Source: Trichinella spiralis (lineage: Eukaryota). From it: DNA of 60,839 nt. This document shows, piece by piece, positions 13,401 through 27,662 of this stretch. The notes beneath the pieces were generated by a model. The model did not search any database. It saw only the letters and a program-made list of their open reading frames with translations, and was not told the origin of the DNA. A program made the translations under genes and the position numbers. Each line of letters opens with the position of its first letter. Within the stretch, counting starts at the first letter, position 1. The stretch covers positions 5,282,588 to 5,343,426 of the forward strand of contig NW_003526943.1 of NCBI RefSeq assembly GCF_000181795.1, written 5' to 3'.

Positions 13401-15612
13401 AAAAGGTAAAATATGAACTACATATTGTTTGCATTATTTTAATTTCTATTATTAAATGAATGAGACAATTATCAAATGTTTCAGTAATCGAATTTCATTT
13501 TTTAAAAAAACTGTCGAACTTCTTAAGCTATTGATCTTTTACAAGTCATACGGTTTGTTCACTTGTGACAAGAAAAAGGAAAATATACTACTATGAGATG
13601 AAAAAAATTTATAGCTCTGAAAATCCAAAAAATTAATTTTTTTGAATTACTATTATTATAGTAAAATGGCACAAGTTACAATTTAAAAGATAATAAAGTT
13701 GTTTACCAATTTTGCAGACGATTAAAAATCAAAATAAAATTAAACTCAAAAATTCATTTTTTTTAATAAATTTATGTTAATTTCAAATATTAATAGAATT
13801 AATTAAAGTAAAAATGAATTTCAATTGATTGAAAACAATTGTCAGCATTATCGCTCTTCATCATGTCCAGTGATGTTTCGATGAGATGCAAATTTGAAAA
13901 TTATTTGAAATTGTTGTTCTAGAAATTAAGAAATAAAACAGCGTACATGTTTTACAATGGTTATTATTTCAATAATTTTATGAAGAACAGAATTTATAGT
14001 TCATGTGTGAATTGTAATAATATTGACAATAGCTAGTGAACAGTTCAATATTGCATTTGATGATTGCATACAATCTGAATAAATTGCGTACGAAATTCAA
14101 ATTATCCAATTAAATCAACAACAGAATAATAATAATTGGAAAAAATTTTGTAATGTGAAATTGAACAGTCAGTCCATCAGTAGCAATTTTCAACGGATGT
14201 CATATGTATGCCACATGTGAAATAGTTGAGCAAAACAAAACTACGAGATGTTTGAATTAAAAGCTACCATCAAATATACATATTTTGATAACTTTGTTTG
14301 TTGAAAAAGTGGCATTTTACATTAGCTTGTTTTCTTTTGTATTGCAACGCCATTTATAAAATGCAAAATGTCATGAAATTAATAAATACAACAGCAACAA
14401 CAATAGATTAATAGAAAAATCTTCAAAAATTCATCATGATCACTTTTTAATACGAACACAGTTGTTGTAAATTTAAATTGAAAATTGTAAATTGAAATTA
14501 TATTTAAAAGTTTCGAGACATGACAAATAAGAATAGAATTAATTCTTTGGCTTTGTCGAACCAGTTTTTCCTTGTCGAAAAATCACTTCGTCACCACAAA
14601 CAATCAACCGACAGTTGGAAAGTTTGATTCAAATGAAAAATTTAAATTCAAATAAATATCGAAAAAAAAGAAACGGGTGGGTTTGATGTTTGTTCTACAA
14701 ATGAAAAGTGCCATATCAAGAAAGAAGTTCAAATTTATCATTTTTCTCTTTCTTTTCACGCCCGACATTTTTCTTTCAAATCACATCAAATAAATTATCA
14801 GTTGTCAGAAAAATTAAATATTATATTTTGAAAAACAACACTTTTTCACTTTTTCCCAATCACCACCGACAGTAGATTTGGCACATCCTAATCCTCAATT
14901 TTCGAACAGTTGAACAGCAGAGAAAAAGAGCAGTTGACATTTTTACAGTCAGTTGGTTGACTTTGTCAGAGGTTGGATTCTGTTTGTTCAACAATTCGCA
15001 GTCCGTCGTCTCGACACAACAGACAGACAGTACGGACGACAGGTCGACTGGAAAATATTAATAATAATAATAATAATAATACCAAATGAGAAGATATATT
15101 TATTCGTCTGTCTACCTGAAATTTTTTCATTGCAAAAATTCATCAAACCAACCGCAAACAAACCATTTGCCAGTTTTGCAAAGTGGGACAGTTTAAATTT
15201 TTTATCTTTTTCAAATTTTCACTTGTGAATCAAACGACTTACTGTAAAAGACGGACGAACAAGGCGAAAAAGAAAAACAAAAGCAAACAAAAAACAACGC
15301 TTCTCTCGCTATTATTATTGGTCAGGTTACGACCAACCGGCCCCCGTCTTTGTCCTTGAGAAAGTCGCGTCGTAGGCGTCGAAACAACAAAAACACAACA
15401 AATTTTTCTTTATGCAAATTAAAAAAAGTCACACCAGAGATCGACCGGTAAAAAAATATGAAAAATAATTAATACACATGAATGTTGGAAGCTGGAAAAA
15501 AAATCGCATCCATTCTTCTTACTACTACTACGAGCGATGAGCAGTTGTTGTTGTCGTGATTTTCAAACATTCCTTGTTACTACGGTAGACGGTAGTAAGT
15601 TTTTTCTTCGCA

Positions 15613-16293
15613 TTACACCAGTGTGTCTTCGTGCTGGTTGACCATCATCCAACCGCGGGGTCGTTCGGTGTGGGTCGACGGCACCACGTAGACAATGATC
15701 GCGCAAAGCACGTTGACCAACAAGCAGGCGACGTAGACGGCCGAGCCGGCCACGGCCAGCCAAAACGAATATCCCATTTTTTGCTCGTAAACTTCGGTCA
15801 GCGTGTGCAACATCCGGTGTTGGAATTCGTTGGCCACGTGGAAGAACATGATCACCGCGCTGCAGGCGAGCACCATGCAAATGCCCGTGTTCACCGCCCA
15901 GAAGATGTACGCCACTCGGATACAGTAGGCGCAGCAGAACATCGACAAGCCGACCAGGCCGAGGCCGGCGGCGGAGCAGAGCAACGCCAACGTGGTGACG
16001 TGGAACCAGTGGTCGTTGCCGGTATCGGCCACCGGCGACGCGGGATGTTTGTCCAATTTGAAAGTGCAAGCCATGCCCGGATTGGACTGGTGCACGGCCA
16101 AATTGCGATCGGTCCCGTAAACGCAGTCCATCCATAGACCGTGCTCACGGTAAGCGTGCATTTCGGTGACGTTGACCACTTGCCAAGCCGGAGTGACCGT
16201 ACCGGCAACTATCAGACCAATGCCAATTGTAGTCAATATTCCACCCAAAGCATGCAGCGTCAACCTGAGCACTACTAGACTCTGTTTCATCAT
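15613..16293 (-). CDS. Claudin-like / PMP22-claudin superfamily tetraspan protein (nematode Clc-like), intronless, 226 aa
   Basis: Four hydrophobic segments. First loop carries the claudin signature W(x)n-GLW-x2-C...C (TPAWQVV...HGLWMDC...C). GYSFWLA precedes TM4. C-terminus ends -DTLV. GC-rich codon usage. Confidence 0.88.
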   Translation of the reverse strand: MMKQSLVVLRLTLHALGGILTTIGIGLIVAGTVTPAWQVVNVTEMHAYREHGLWMDCVYGTDRNLAVHQSNPGMACTFKLDKHPASPVADTGNDHWFHVTTLALLCSAAGLGLVGLSMFCCAYCIRVAYIFWAVNTGICMVLACSAVIMFFHVANEFQHRMLHTLTEVYEQKMGYSFWLAVAGSAVYVACLLVNVLCAIIVYVVPSTHTERPRGWMMVNQHEDTLV

Positions 16294-17410
16294 CTACAAC
16301 AATGACAATGGATGAATATGAAAATTGAAAAAGTAGCTCGTTCAAGCTTCATACCGAAATTGAAGCACGCTTGCTTATTTTTTCTTTGCTTCTGAGAATT
16401 AGTCGTGTGAATGAGTGAACAAGTGAAAAGTGTACGGTACGTGTACGTGTGTGCTGTGTGCGTATACCTGCGTGTGCGTGTGTGTGTGTATGACGCTTGC
16501 AGCAAAACTGGTCTGCGTCCTGATCTTGCAGTCGATCGTTCTCTACTTGCCAATCGACATCAACCTGTCACAATTTTCCCGCCATCGTCGACGATGACTC
16601 ATGCTATTTGTTCACCGAGCCGGAAAGCGAACCTCGACCCAATTCTCCAACGGTCATTGTCGCCGTTGGCTTCAACGGCCCACTTCACGCCCTCCACTGG
16701 AACAACTTATGCAGCTTTGTGGTGAACGAAAAAAAAAATCAAACTTATTGATTGAAAAACCAAAAAAAAAACAAATTCAAAACACAATCAATTTAATTAA
16801 TTAATTTTTGAGCATTCATTTTTCTCAACTGATCACGTGCGTGACATATTATTCATTATTTTTTTCCAAGACTTTCCCCGTTCACTGGCAAACAGTGCGT
16901 GATGCAATTGCATTTTTCTTTTTCATATTTATTTACACTACGACAAATCCTACTCTTCTGAATCGTCTCGTCAAATAAATCTCTGTCATGTGATCAAATC
17001 AAACATCAAGCACGAACGAACATTTTCGTATTGTTGAATAAAATTCACCTGTTGCAACACTGGTATTATTTTTAAAAACAAAAAACTTCAACAGTTTAGT
17101 TAGCTAATTACAAAACATTGCAAATCAAAAATGAATTGATTTAAATGAAATACACAAATAGATAAAAAAAATAAAATAAAAATACAGATAAAAAACTACA
17201 CAAAAGTCGAACAGCAAGCATTTTATTATTGTATAAGTGAGGAAATGTTTTCCTCCTGTAACTAAAAAAAATCACGTAAGCTTATGTCATACTGTAATTG
17301 TGAAAGGTGACGAAAAAGGTGGGTGATTTTGTTTTTTCTTAAAAGTTTTTGATGAAATTTTGAACCGTTGGAAAAATGTTCGATTGTTTTTTCTGTGTAT
17401 TTTCATTTTA

Positions 17411-18442
17411 CTACAGTATTGTACCGCCGAAGAAGAGTCCGGGGTAGTCTTTGGACGGTGTGTCGTCGGTTTGTTGCATCTGTTTGTACTTTTCGAGCTG
17501 CGGACAGCAGAAGCAGAGCAGAACCGAATTGACCATGTGCAAAGTCAAGCAGACGGCGAATAGCATGAAGCCGGCGAAAGCTAGCCAAAATGAAGACGTC
17601 ACCCGGTTGATGTTGATGACGAAGTTGTTTTGGAATGTGATTTGGTTGGATATTTCGGCAGAGCCTTCGTAGAACATCACCAGACCGCCGAACAGGAACA
17701 ACGACGCCGAGCAGCTGAAAATGATGCCGGCAATTTGGCTGCGTTCAGGCTTGCGGGCGTAGCCGAGCGAGACGACCGTATTCAAGATGCCGATGGTCAG
17801 CGCGGCGCAGAGCAGTACCAACGTCGACAGGGCCATGGTGTAAGATTCCAATTCGGTCGAGACGATTTTCCGTCTAGACGGACGATTCGCATCGTTGGAT
17901 TCGATTTCAGCCAACAGCGCGGTCAACGGTACGCTGTACTGTGCAACATTATTCGAGCTGTACCCTTGGAAATTGAAACAAAAAATCACATCAAAATTAT
18001 TATTATTATTATATTAAACTTCTAGCACGTGATTACGTTTCTGGATAGTACTAAATGAGAAAGCACATACTGTTTGTGAGAAAGTACATTCGCGATCATG
18101 TGAACAGTTGTTGCGATGAAACCGCTGAGATGAGCAAAATTTAATATGAACATTTTTTCATTCTCAAACTGAACAATGGTTTGTTAATTTTAATTTTAAA
18201 TCATTTCGCAACAGTTGGAAATGATATTATTTTCTTGAGAAATAAAGAAAATTATTATTCTACTTGTAAATTTCAATTATCATTTTTCTACCTGTTCCAT
18301 CTGTTGCAACGTCTTGAATTCGAATCATGCTCCATTCGGGTGTGATCAGAGCCAGTACGACGGTGCAAATGCCGAGAGCGCTCAAAATTGAACAGACATA
18401 AGAGAAAGATGTGATAAATTTGTGCACACTTTCGACGGCCAT
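17411..18442 (-). CDS. Second claudin-like tetraspan protein, spliced (exon 1 ~18442-18292; last exon ~17964-17411)
   Basis: Exon 1 MAVESVHK...LALITPEW (TM1 plus the conserved P-x-W) ends at a GTAG donor. Joined in phase to the ccaag acceptor at 17965. Last exon has three TMs, SSFWLA, a CFCC cluster and ends -TIL. A small middle exon cannot be excluded. Confidence 0.75.
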
Positions 18443-19868
18443 CGACTGTGCAATATTCCACTTGTCGTCTGCAATATAAGCAACATAAAACGAATGAATA
18501 AGGGGAAAATAGGGTGTGGAGAAGTGGGGAGGAGGAAGAGGAAATATCCAAGAAGCCAAACAGCAACCAACCAACCAACCAACAGCTGATGCGTTCGTTC
18601 GTTCGTTCGTTCGTTGCACAGGCAACACGTTCAACGTGAACAGGATTGAACAAAAATGCCCTTTCCAAGACAAATTGCATACATTTTATACAAATATAAA
18701 AATTGTTACGTCTAATAAATTTCATTTGATTGCAACCATTATCAGTGGAAAGCTTTTGTTCAAAATTTTCCACTTCGGTAAACATTTGCGCAACACAGAC
18801 AGAAAGAGAGACGCTTGAAAATTTCCCATTTGTTTATTGCATAATGGTTTTGCAATTTTCACATGCAATCATCATCTTTTTTTTCTAATAATTTGTACAA
18901 AACTGGAAAAAAAATTTTTTTTTTATAAAATCACAAATCCAACTATATAACGAAAAGAACAATTTGGATGAAAGTTTCGATTTTTCACATCTCAATTCGA
19001 CAACTTGAAGAAACTTCCAAACGCAGACGTTGGATTACTGTAGTTTTTATTTTCCTTGAAATTAAAACAATTTTTCTAAAATTAGAATTTTTTTTTAATC
19101 GATATTTTAAACCATTTTTTTTTCATTTCAATCATCAATTTCAGCAACAAAGTTTCATTGCGTATGTTGTTTTGTTGTAAGCTCGTTCAGAATTATTTTA
19201 TACAAAATATATGATCAGAGAATATTTGAAAGAAAAACACATGCAATTTTCAATTTTTCTACTCTACTCTCTATTAATTTCTGCTGCTACGATATTTGGA
19301 TTCTATTATTAACATTTTCTTCTTCAATCAACATTTTCTTTTATAATAACAACATGCACACGAACTACTAGTTGACATTGAAATCAAGCAAGTAAAACAA
19401 ACCTACTGACAATTGGAATAATATTTCATCATAAATTCTTATCAACTTTAGTGTTCAGTTCTATACATATATATATAATATATATCGTTTTACATACAAT
19501 TTTACAGATCATTCAAAAATCTATTCTATTTTTATTCCACTACCCAATTCCAAATATACACACACACACACACACGCACAGTGCACCCTTGCATTTTATT
19601 TATTAAAACTTGTTTTTAAAACACCAAACTGTGTAAAAGTCTAAACCACAATTGTAAATACTGTATGTAAGTATTGTAATTTAAAATATTACTCTCATCT
19701 TAATGATTATACAGATGATATGAAAATGATTTGATCAAAATAAAAGTATAATAATAATAATAATAATATGTCATTGTCTGTACGTAAGACACACACACAC
19801 ACATACATACGAATAAATAAATATGATTAAATACATTATTACAGTTCACAATAAATAGAAAAGTATGC

Positions 19869-22806
19869 TTAATCGATCATGTTATACAACAAGTTAATCT
19901 CTTCGGTGTAGCACTCTGCTGGAGTTTCGAGAACCATAGGAATGTTGTCAAAACGAGGATCATTCATTAATTTTTTGAACATCGCTTCGCCTATTTTTCC
20001 TTTTCCAATTATTTCGTGACGATCAACTTTAGAACCACAAACACCTACAATAACAATTAATATTAAATAATAATATTATTAAAAACTTTTTCACCTTTTG
20101 AATCATTCAGATGAACACCTTTCAAATATCGAAAACCGATAATCTTATCGAACTCTTCCATCACTTCTTCGTATTTATTCTTTATATCGTAACCTACAGA
20201 AAGAAGTGATCATATTTATGCATAGCAAAAAAAAAAAGAAGAAAATAATGCGCTAAAATAAAAACCGGCTGCAAAAAGGTGGCATGTATCGAAACAGACT
20301 CCAATTCGATCTTTATTTTCAACTAAGTCGATTATCTTTTTCAAGTCTTCAAATTTGTTTCCTACTGTAAATCCTTGACCGGCCATACATTCCAACACTG
20401 GAAACAAAAATTTATTCAAAAAAAAGATTTATAAAAATAAAATAAATAAATTTTTTTCCATACTAATCACCACATCTTTCGTTTGCGCAATAACTTCATT
20501 CACCACTTTCGCAACTCGAGAACACGCTTCATCTATGGTAACAATACCTCGAGTGGAACCTCAAAAAAATTTAAAATTATCATAAATAAATAAATAAATA
20601 AATATTGGGATATTTTTAAACCGGGATGAAATGCGTAAAGTTTGATTCCAAGCTTTTCGCAAGATTGCACTTCGAAAAGCAGCGTTTCGCAAGTTTTGCG
20701 AAATATATCGGCGTCGGTGGACACTGCGTTCAAAAGATAACAACCGTGCGGCATGATGTGTCTAGCGTCGAAGCCGTATTTTTCACAATTTTCCTTGAAC
20801 TTGGCCACCATATCCTCTTTCAACGGTACAATTTTCCAGTTCATATTGGAACGCAGGAACAACGAAAACGATCGACATCCAACAACAGCCGCATTTTCTG
20901 GCAATTTGCCCAACGAGCCTGAAAACAACAAGCAAAATTACCTGCTGCATGTGTGAGAAATAATTAATTAATTAATCAATCAATCGATCATAAATCTCTG
21001 TACCCTTTGTAGTTAAATGTCCACCGATCAGTTTCGAGCTTTTCTTAACATTATCTATTGCACTAGCAGACAAAGATTGCTTTGCTTGTTCAAACCATGC
21101 AGCCGGTATTTCAGCATTTCCTTTTTCAGTTTCTACATCAAACAAACAAACAATTTAGACAAATCTAATCATAACACTAATCCCTACTAAGTATCCCATC
21201 TGAAGCGGATTTCTCTTCAGTTTTGTCCGATTCTAAACAGCAACAATTATTAATCTATTTATTCATACATTATTATGCATAATTTTTACCTTGTTTCGCA
21301 ACAACGGTTGCAGATTTTTTTGTGGCAACATTACGCTTTTTCGGTGGTGCTTCCAAATCTAAACCTTTATCAGCATTGACATCTTAACAATAAAATATAA
21401 TAATAATTATAATTAGAAACATAAAATAAAACTACTACTACCTTTTTCTTTTGCCATATCAGCTGCAGCAGCTTCTTTTTCTTTAGGCAAACTGTTGCTG
21501 CTGTTGGTCCTTTTTTTCAATTGGCGCGAATTCACTGCAGCAACCGAAACTGACGGCTCGTTTTCACCTGAAATGCATTATTTTCAAATTCAAAAAAAAA
21601 TATAATTTATCTTCATAAATAATTTGCATACCTTGGTCAGTGATTTTTTCTTCACTGTCATCTTTTTCCTCAATCTTGGCGGCGTTCTTTCCTCTCACTT
21701 TTTTCCCTTTCACTTCTGCAATTATTTCACTCATCACATGTGTACATGCAAAATGTAAAATAAAAATTACAAACACGAAACTAACTAACCTTCAACAATT
21801 TTATTCTTCACATTTGTGGAGCTGCTTTTTTGTCTTGTCATTTTTTTCTTGTTGCCTGCATCTTTAAAATAATTAATTGTAAAAGCAGTTTTAATAATAA
21901 TTTATTATTATTATTATTGTTTTTTTTACTTTTTTTATTTTCATCTTCTGCAGCTTTGACGGCTTCATCTGCTTTGTCTTCTAATTTATTAGCAGCAGCA
22001 GCAGCACTACCAAGTGGTCGGCCTCTTTTAGCTCTGGATGTTGTTGCAATTTCTGAAAGAAAAGAGATTTTTATCAATAAACGACATCCTCATACAATAA
22101 AACATTCACATTCGTATAATAATAATAATGATAAATTATTGTATTTCCACATTTTCTGTCAACTTCTTAATATTTATAATTATTTTCTTATATTTAATTG
22201 AAAAAAAATATTTTCATTTACGATTAATACTCGATATAGTCGATGAAGTTTCTTTCAAATTCACAGGCTTTTTCTCCGATTCAACTTCATCCGCCCCAGC
22301 AGCAGTTGGCGGTGCTGCTTCGCTCTTTTTTTCACTTGTTTTCGATTTGCCTATTTATTAATTCAAAAATTACATTTCACCTCCAAAAATGTACCAAATT
22401 CAAAAAACATTTTCACCTGCATTGCTCTTTCCCGGTTTTTTCAAACTTTCTTCATCTTTCTTCGTCACCGCTTTCACTGCTCTTTTTGGCGGTTTCTTCA
22501 TTTGAACTGCTTTTAAATAATTAAACAAATTAAACAATATTAAAAATTCGAATGATTTAAACATATCGAATTATCACTTTCCAAGATTGATAAATTCAAC
22601 CGGACAATTATCGTAACAATTTTACAATTGAGTTTCATGAAAAAAAATCTTCCAAAATAATGAATTTCACATATTCATATCGAATACATAATATTAATTT
22701 TATTCAACTTACCGCTCGCTGCATCCGTGCTTTCCTCTTCTACTTGAGCAGCTAAAATTGGTTCTTTCTTTTGCACAGATTTTGCCGTATTCGCCACTCT
22801 TCCCAT
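19869..22806 (-). CDS. apn-1: AP endonuclease, endonuclease IV (Nfo/Apn1) family, multi-exon, with long K/A/E-rich N-terminal extension
   Basis: Exons encode the EndoIV metal-ligand motifs [49 protein letters not shown] and MVLETP. Stop TAA at 19871-19869. ATG at 22806 (MGRVANTAK) is linked through several short phase-compatible low-complexity exons. Confidence 0.92.
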
Positions 22807-23922
22807 CTTGAAGAATATATAACTCGGATACAACTAAAAATAAATTAACAAAATAAAGAAGAAGAAGAAACAATTCGTTGAAAACGAATTAAAATTATAA
22901 TCTCACATATACAACATTGGAAACTATATTTCATTCATTTAAAAGCACAATGTTGAAGTTGATAAATTAAAAATTAAAAAAAAACACTTTATTCAAATGA
23001 TAAATTCAAATCAAATCAATCTCGATTATTAAAAATAATCATCTTAAACACTGATGCGATAATGGAAAATAACAAAACAGAAATTCCAATATTAAACCAA
23101 CATTTCATGAAAAGTTTCACCAAACGCATGCACAAAATAATAATGAAAAACACTTGACAGTGTTCAACTGATTCAACAAAAAATTGTCAAATGAAGGAGG
23201 CACACAACACAACAAGTGAAACAAGAAATTGAACCTATTGTACATTGTTGAAATGCAAGTTAAGTAAATTTAAAATGCACAAAACTAGCATAAAACATAT
23301 TTTAAAAAATTTACTTTCTTTTTAATACAAGGTTTATCATTTTAAAATTAAAAAATAAATTGAAATAACAATTAAAAACATTTATTCATTATCATATTTA
23401 TAGAATTGTTGAAAAATTAATTGACGATGCAGAAAGTTGATTGAACTTTTTAATTTGTACTAATGTAAATTTAAATTATGTGAAAATAAAAATAATATTA
23501 CTTAAAATTGACAGTAAAATTATTCATGATAAAGTATCATGATCACACTTTTCAAAGAATTGAAAATGAACAACGCGCGATGGACGAATATTTCTAAAAA
23601 ACGAATGAAGTAAATTTACTAATAAATTTACTGTAGCTATAAAGATTTTACAATTTAATTCCACAAATGATCGGCACAGATTCATTTTCTTCAACACTCA
23701 ACTGATAAAGTGAACAGTTGAAAATAATCTCTATTTTGGACGTTTTTTGTAAATGTTATTTTAGTTGAATTATTTCTGCTTTTGTGAGCTTCATTGTTTA
23801 CTGTAAAATTTCTTTTGTCATCGCAATTAATTAATTGATAATGTTTTTAATAAAATTTTTTTATCCTCGAAATCAATCGAACCTGCAGTTGTTTTTTGTG
23901 CAAAATTTTCAACTGTACATTA

Positions 23923-23923
23923 G

Positions 23924-23954
<31 letters not shown>
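23923..23954. repeat. (GTT)n microsatellite
   Basis: Direct reading. Confidence 0.9.
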
Positions 23955-25121
23955 ATTTCAAGTTTCATTATCATCGTAAACAGTGTTATAAATTATTATT
24001 TAAAATAGAGAAGGGAAATTATTTTCACTTGAGCACTTCTGACAGACAAGTTGAAAGCTTCCACTTTATGATCGTTGTTCTCGACATTGCGCAGATGTTG
24101 ACTTGGTCAAGCTTATTTCGTTTGAAAACGCAGCGATCAATTTTTGAATTTGTTCAATTTTAAAAATTATTTCAAAAATGAAAAAGAAACAAAACAGAAA
24201 TTAAATTTCAAATTATGGAACAATTTTCGGAAAAAACTTTTCGTTTGGAGAAAAATAGTTGGAAAAACAAAAAAAACAAATTTTTTATTACGGCATATTT
24301 TATGTTGACAGTTTAAGAAAGTGTAAAAAGGAAAAGCGAGAAAGTTTCAATTTTCAATTGACACAATCGTAAAGTATTCCACGTCGGTCATGAATTTTTG
24401 CAAGCCACTTATTTGCCTTGCTATTTTCCGATTAATTGCATAAAAAGCCGCTGCAAACTTTTCCAAATCAAATGTCAATTTGACAGCTATTTCCTGCAAT
24501 TTATGTGTTGCTTTTGTCGAGCATTAAATTTCAAATCAAATTTCAACTTTCAGCATAATAAAATAGAATCGAATAGAAAAGAATAGAACTGTTGTCGAAA
24601 ATTTAACTTATAAAATTATGACCACGCCCAAAAAAATTTCACTTTCATAATCGACAAAAAGTCCATTTTTTTTGTTCGGAAAAGCGTCGACTTAATTGTG
24701 TAATGGAAAATTTTCAGTTTAACAGAAAAAAACAATAACAATAAATTAAGCTGAAAAATTAATTTGCTAAGTTGAAAAACAAATTTCATTTCAAAGAAAC
24801 GATAATTGGCAGAAATTAGACAAAATTATTTTTATTCATATTAATCTAGAGTAAATGAATATCATACAAAACTATGGCAAATGTATTCGTTTAATTGTCA
24901 ATAATTTTAAAGAATACAATTTTGGATATTAGTTATTTATTATCAATAAACTTTCATTCCAATGGTTTACTACCATTTGTATTCTTTTATTACTTGTCAA
25001 AAAATATTACTAAAATGCTGTGTAAAACGTAGTACTAGTATTATATATATATTCTTAATTTATTCTTAAAGCAAAATTACTCTGAACAAAAGCTATATTA
25101 AAAGTACACATGCATATGTGT

Positions 25122-25420
25122 TGTTCGAGATTCTTCTATTTCGATGCTCAGGTAAATGAGCAAATGGTCAGTGCTTCGAGGGAAATTGATTGATTTTTAT
25201 TTGTTTGCTGTACAGATCAACGACAATCATTCTGTTCTCCTTATCAACTATTTTATTCGTTAATACCAATCAATATACGAGTAATAAGCACTAAATTACA
25301 AAGAGATACAAACGACAACACACATCCATATAACAATACCAGACTATCTTAACACTATGGAAAAAACTAACTACTCTTTACTGTACTTACTGATACGCAA
25401 GTTTTATACTAAAAATATGT
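25122..25420 (-). repeat. 3' LTR of the BEL/Pao element (alignable part; may extend to ~25720)
   Basis: Begins TGTTCGAGATTCTTC (CA end on the - strand). Aligns with 28454-28770 through shared blocks gattcttct.tttcgat.ctcaggtaaat, tatttgtttgct.tacagatcaacgacaat and actattttattcg.taatacca. Confidence 0.78.
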
Positions 25421-27662
25421 TTAACACTTCCGGCCATGGATGTGGTCCATCACATATCTGCCGCATCTAACTTAACCGTATAAAGTCGTTTAACCACGCC
25501 CACACATCGCGGTCTTTGCCTTTGTCCATCGAACTGTTCCGTCTTCTTCTTTATAACGTTCAAGAATACGTTCTACTGACCAGTGGATTCGATAAGAATC
25601 TCATTTGAATTATCTTTCTTGGAGAATTTTTTCCATATTACAAATCTATTGTATTTCGTGCCAACGTGCAATAACTTTTTAATGATTAAAAATGAATACA
25701 CAAGCAACTGTCACAACACACACAAAACACTAACTAATCTTACAACAACTCTAAAACAACCTCTGGAATCAGTCTGACCAGTCTATTACGTAATCCAATC
25801 TAACTAGTTTTGTAACTCATTTTCTAACTAGATTTCTTGGTAGTACATAACAAAATTTTCACGAAGATTCAGAATTTCCTTGCAAATTGTTAGCTCTACT
25901 CTATCTATCATATCTTCTAGAAGCCCATTCATGCTTGAATGTTCACCATTCAACTGAAATTTCTATTACAACTCTGTTGTAATACTTTGCACCATTAAAT
26001 ACTTAATATCCTGTGCGTTATAACTTTCAAAAAAGTTACTGCTATTTTCCGGTAATAAAGCATGATTTTGTGTTGCATAATCGCCATTTTGCCATAACGA
26101 AAAATATTCAACATTCATCCAATAATAGCATTGAATACACCATTTGCTGTAAATATTTGTGGATTCTATGCCAGAAGATATAGTTCATCGATTATTTCAA
26201 TTGATTCCCATTCAAAAAAGTAAAGGAGGTTTTCATTTGATGATTGTTTTATAACGTTTGTCAAAAATGGTTCTAGTAATAAGCGTCAGGCCACAGACGA
26301 TCCATCCAAATGTTGATTTGACAGCTACTGGTTTCTGAGGTGATCCTCTTTGACATCATCTAATACGAAACCGTAAAAGTATTCCATTCCAATCAAGATG
26401 TCAACACGAGCAAAAAATCGTGAATATTCATCGTGATCTGAAAATCTGCTAACTGAGCATTTTTTAAATGTTCGAACTTATTTATCGCTGGGTTGGGGGA
26501 TTAAGTTGTCACTGATTTTAAGGACTGACAAGGCCTTTACGAACTTCGATTCTGAGTCTAAATACATTCCCTTGATGACGAATTTTACACGCCATAAACG
26601 TCTGGGGGTTCATTTAATTTACCAAATCCTGACAATATATAGTTTCTAAATCTTCCTGACAGTCCAAGACTTTCGTGTCTGTACCATCCTTTCTTATAGA
26701 CAACTTTTGAGATCCAATGTAGAGCAGACGCATCACGGTCATATGATCGCCTCTTTCTCCGTAAATTCTAGCTTTCGCAGATTTCAACACGGTGAGCAAA
26801 TCACCATGATCAAAATCCTTTTTATAACTCTGTGTTAAACCAACGTGGATGTTCTTCCTATACTACATACCAGCTGTAAATTTCGATTTCAATATTGTTT
26901 GACTTGTAGTGTTCTTTGACTGTTCTATGTTTAGCAATCTATGACAGCAACTATCACCATTCGTATTAGGGCATTTTTTGCCAGTATGATTCTTTTGCAG
27001 GTATCTCTTTATAGCATAAGCCGTGTTGCTGCGATACTCTCCAACGGCGTTCGTAGCTGGCTGTGAAATACAATGAATTATATCGTGAAACTGACTACTA
27101 TTAAACAATACGTTGGAGCTTTCATGTTCACTACGACCGCGGATGCTGAGCTATCATAGTTTGGTCATTTTGTCAGAATCATGAACTTCGAATTCAAATA
27201 TCCCCCAGTAGTTAAATGAACACATTTTCGATTCTTACTTGTTCTTGCAAGAAATTAAAATATGGCTTCAATTGGGACAACGCGGATGAGTCAGCTAAAA
27301 CCTATGCTTCCATCGTCTTCAAATGCTTGTCGGCAGTTTCTCCTTAATCAGTTCGATTACAATAGCCGCTGCTGTATAAATTGCTTTCGACAGCGGTTAC
27401 GTATTTGTCCGCTGTAAACAGGAAGCACGCTTACTGCTATATGTATATATGCTATATGCTATATATGATATATCTATAGGCTTCCTCAACTAACGCTCTC
27501 CGTAAATACAAGAACTTCGCCATATCTGACAGATCTCTACACTTCTGAACAGTGTCGTCAAACTGTTCTAAAAAGGACTTATCCACTCCAAAACATTTCC
27601 GTAAAATCTTAGAATTTCGTAGACTGGCAGCTGCGTACTGTTGTGCGCTTATTTTTCTTCAA

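Noticed and set aside
15563..16208. Overlapping 190-, 168- and 105-aa ORFs on the first claudin gene
   Set aside because: Shadow frames caused by high GC; only the 226-aa frame has a family signature.
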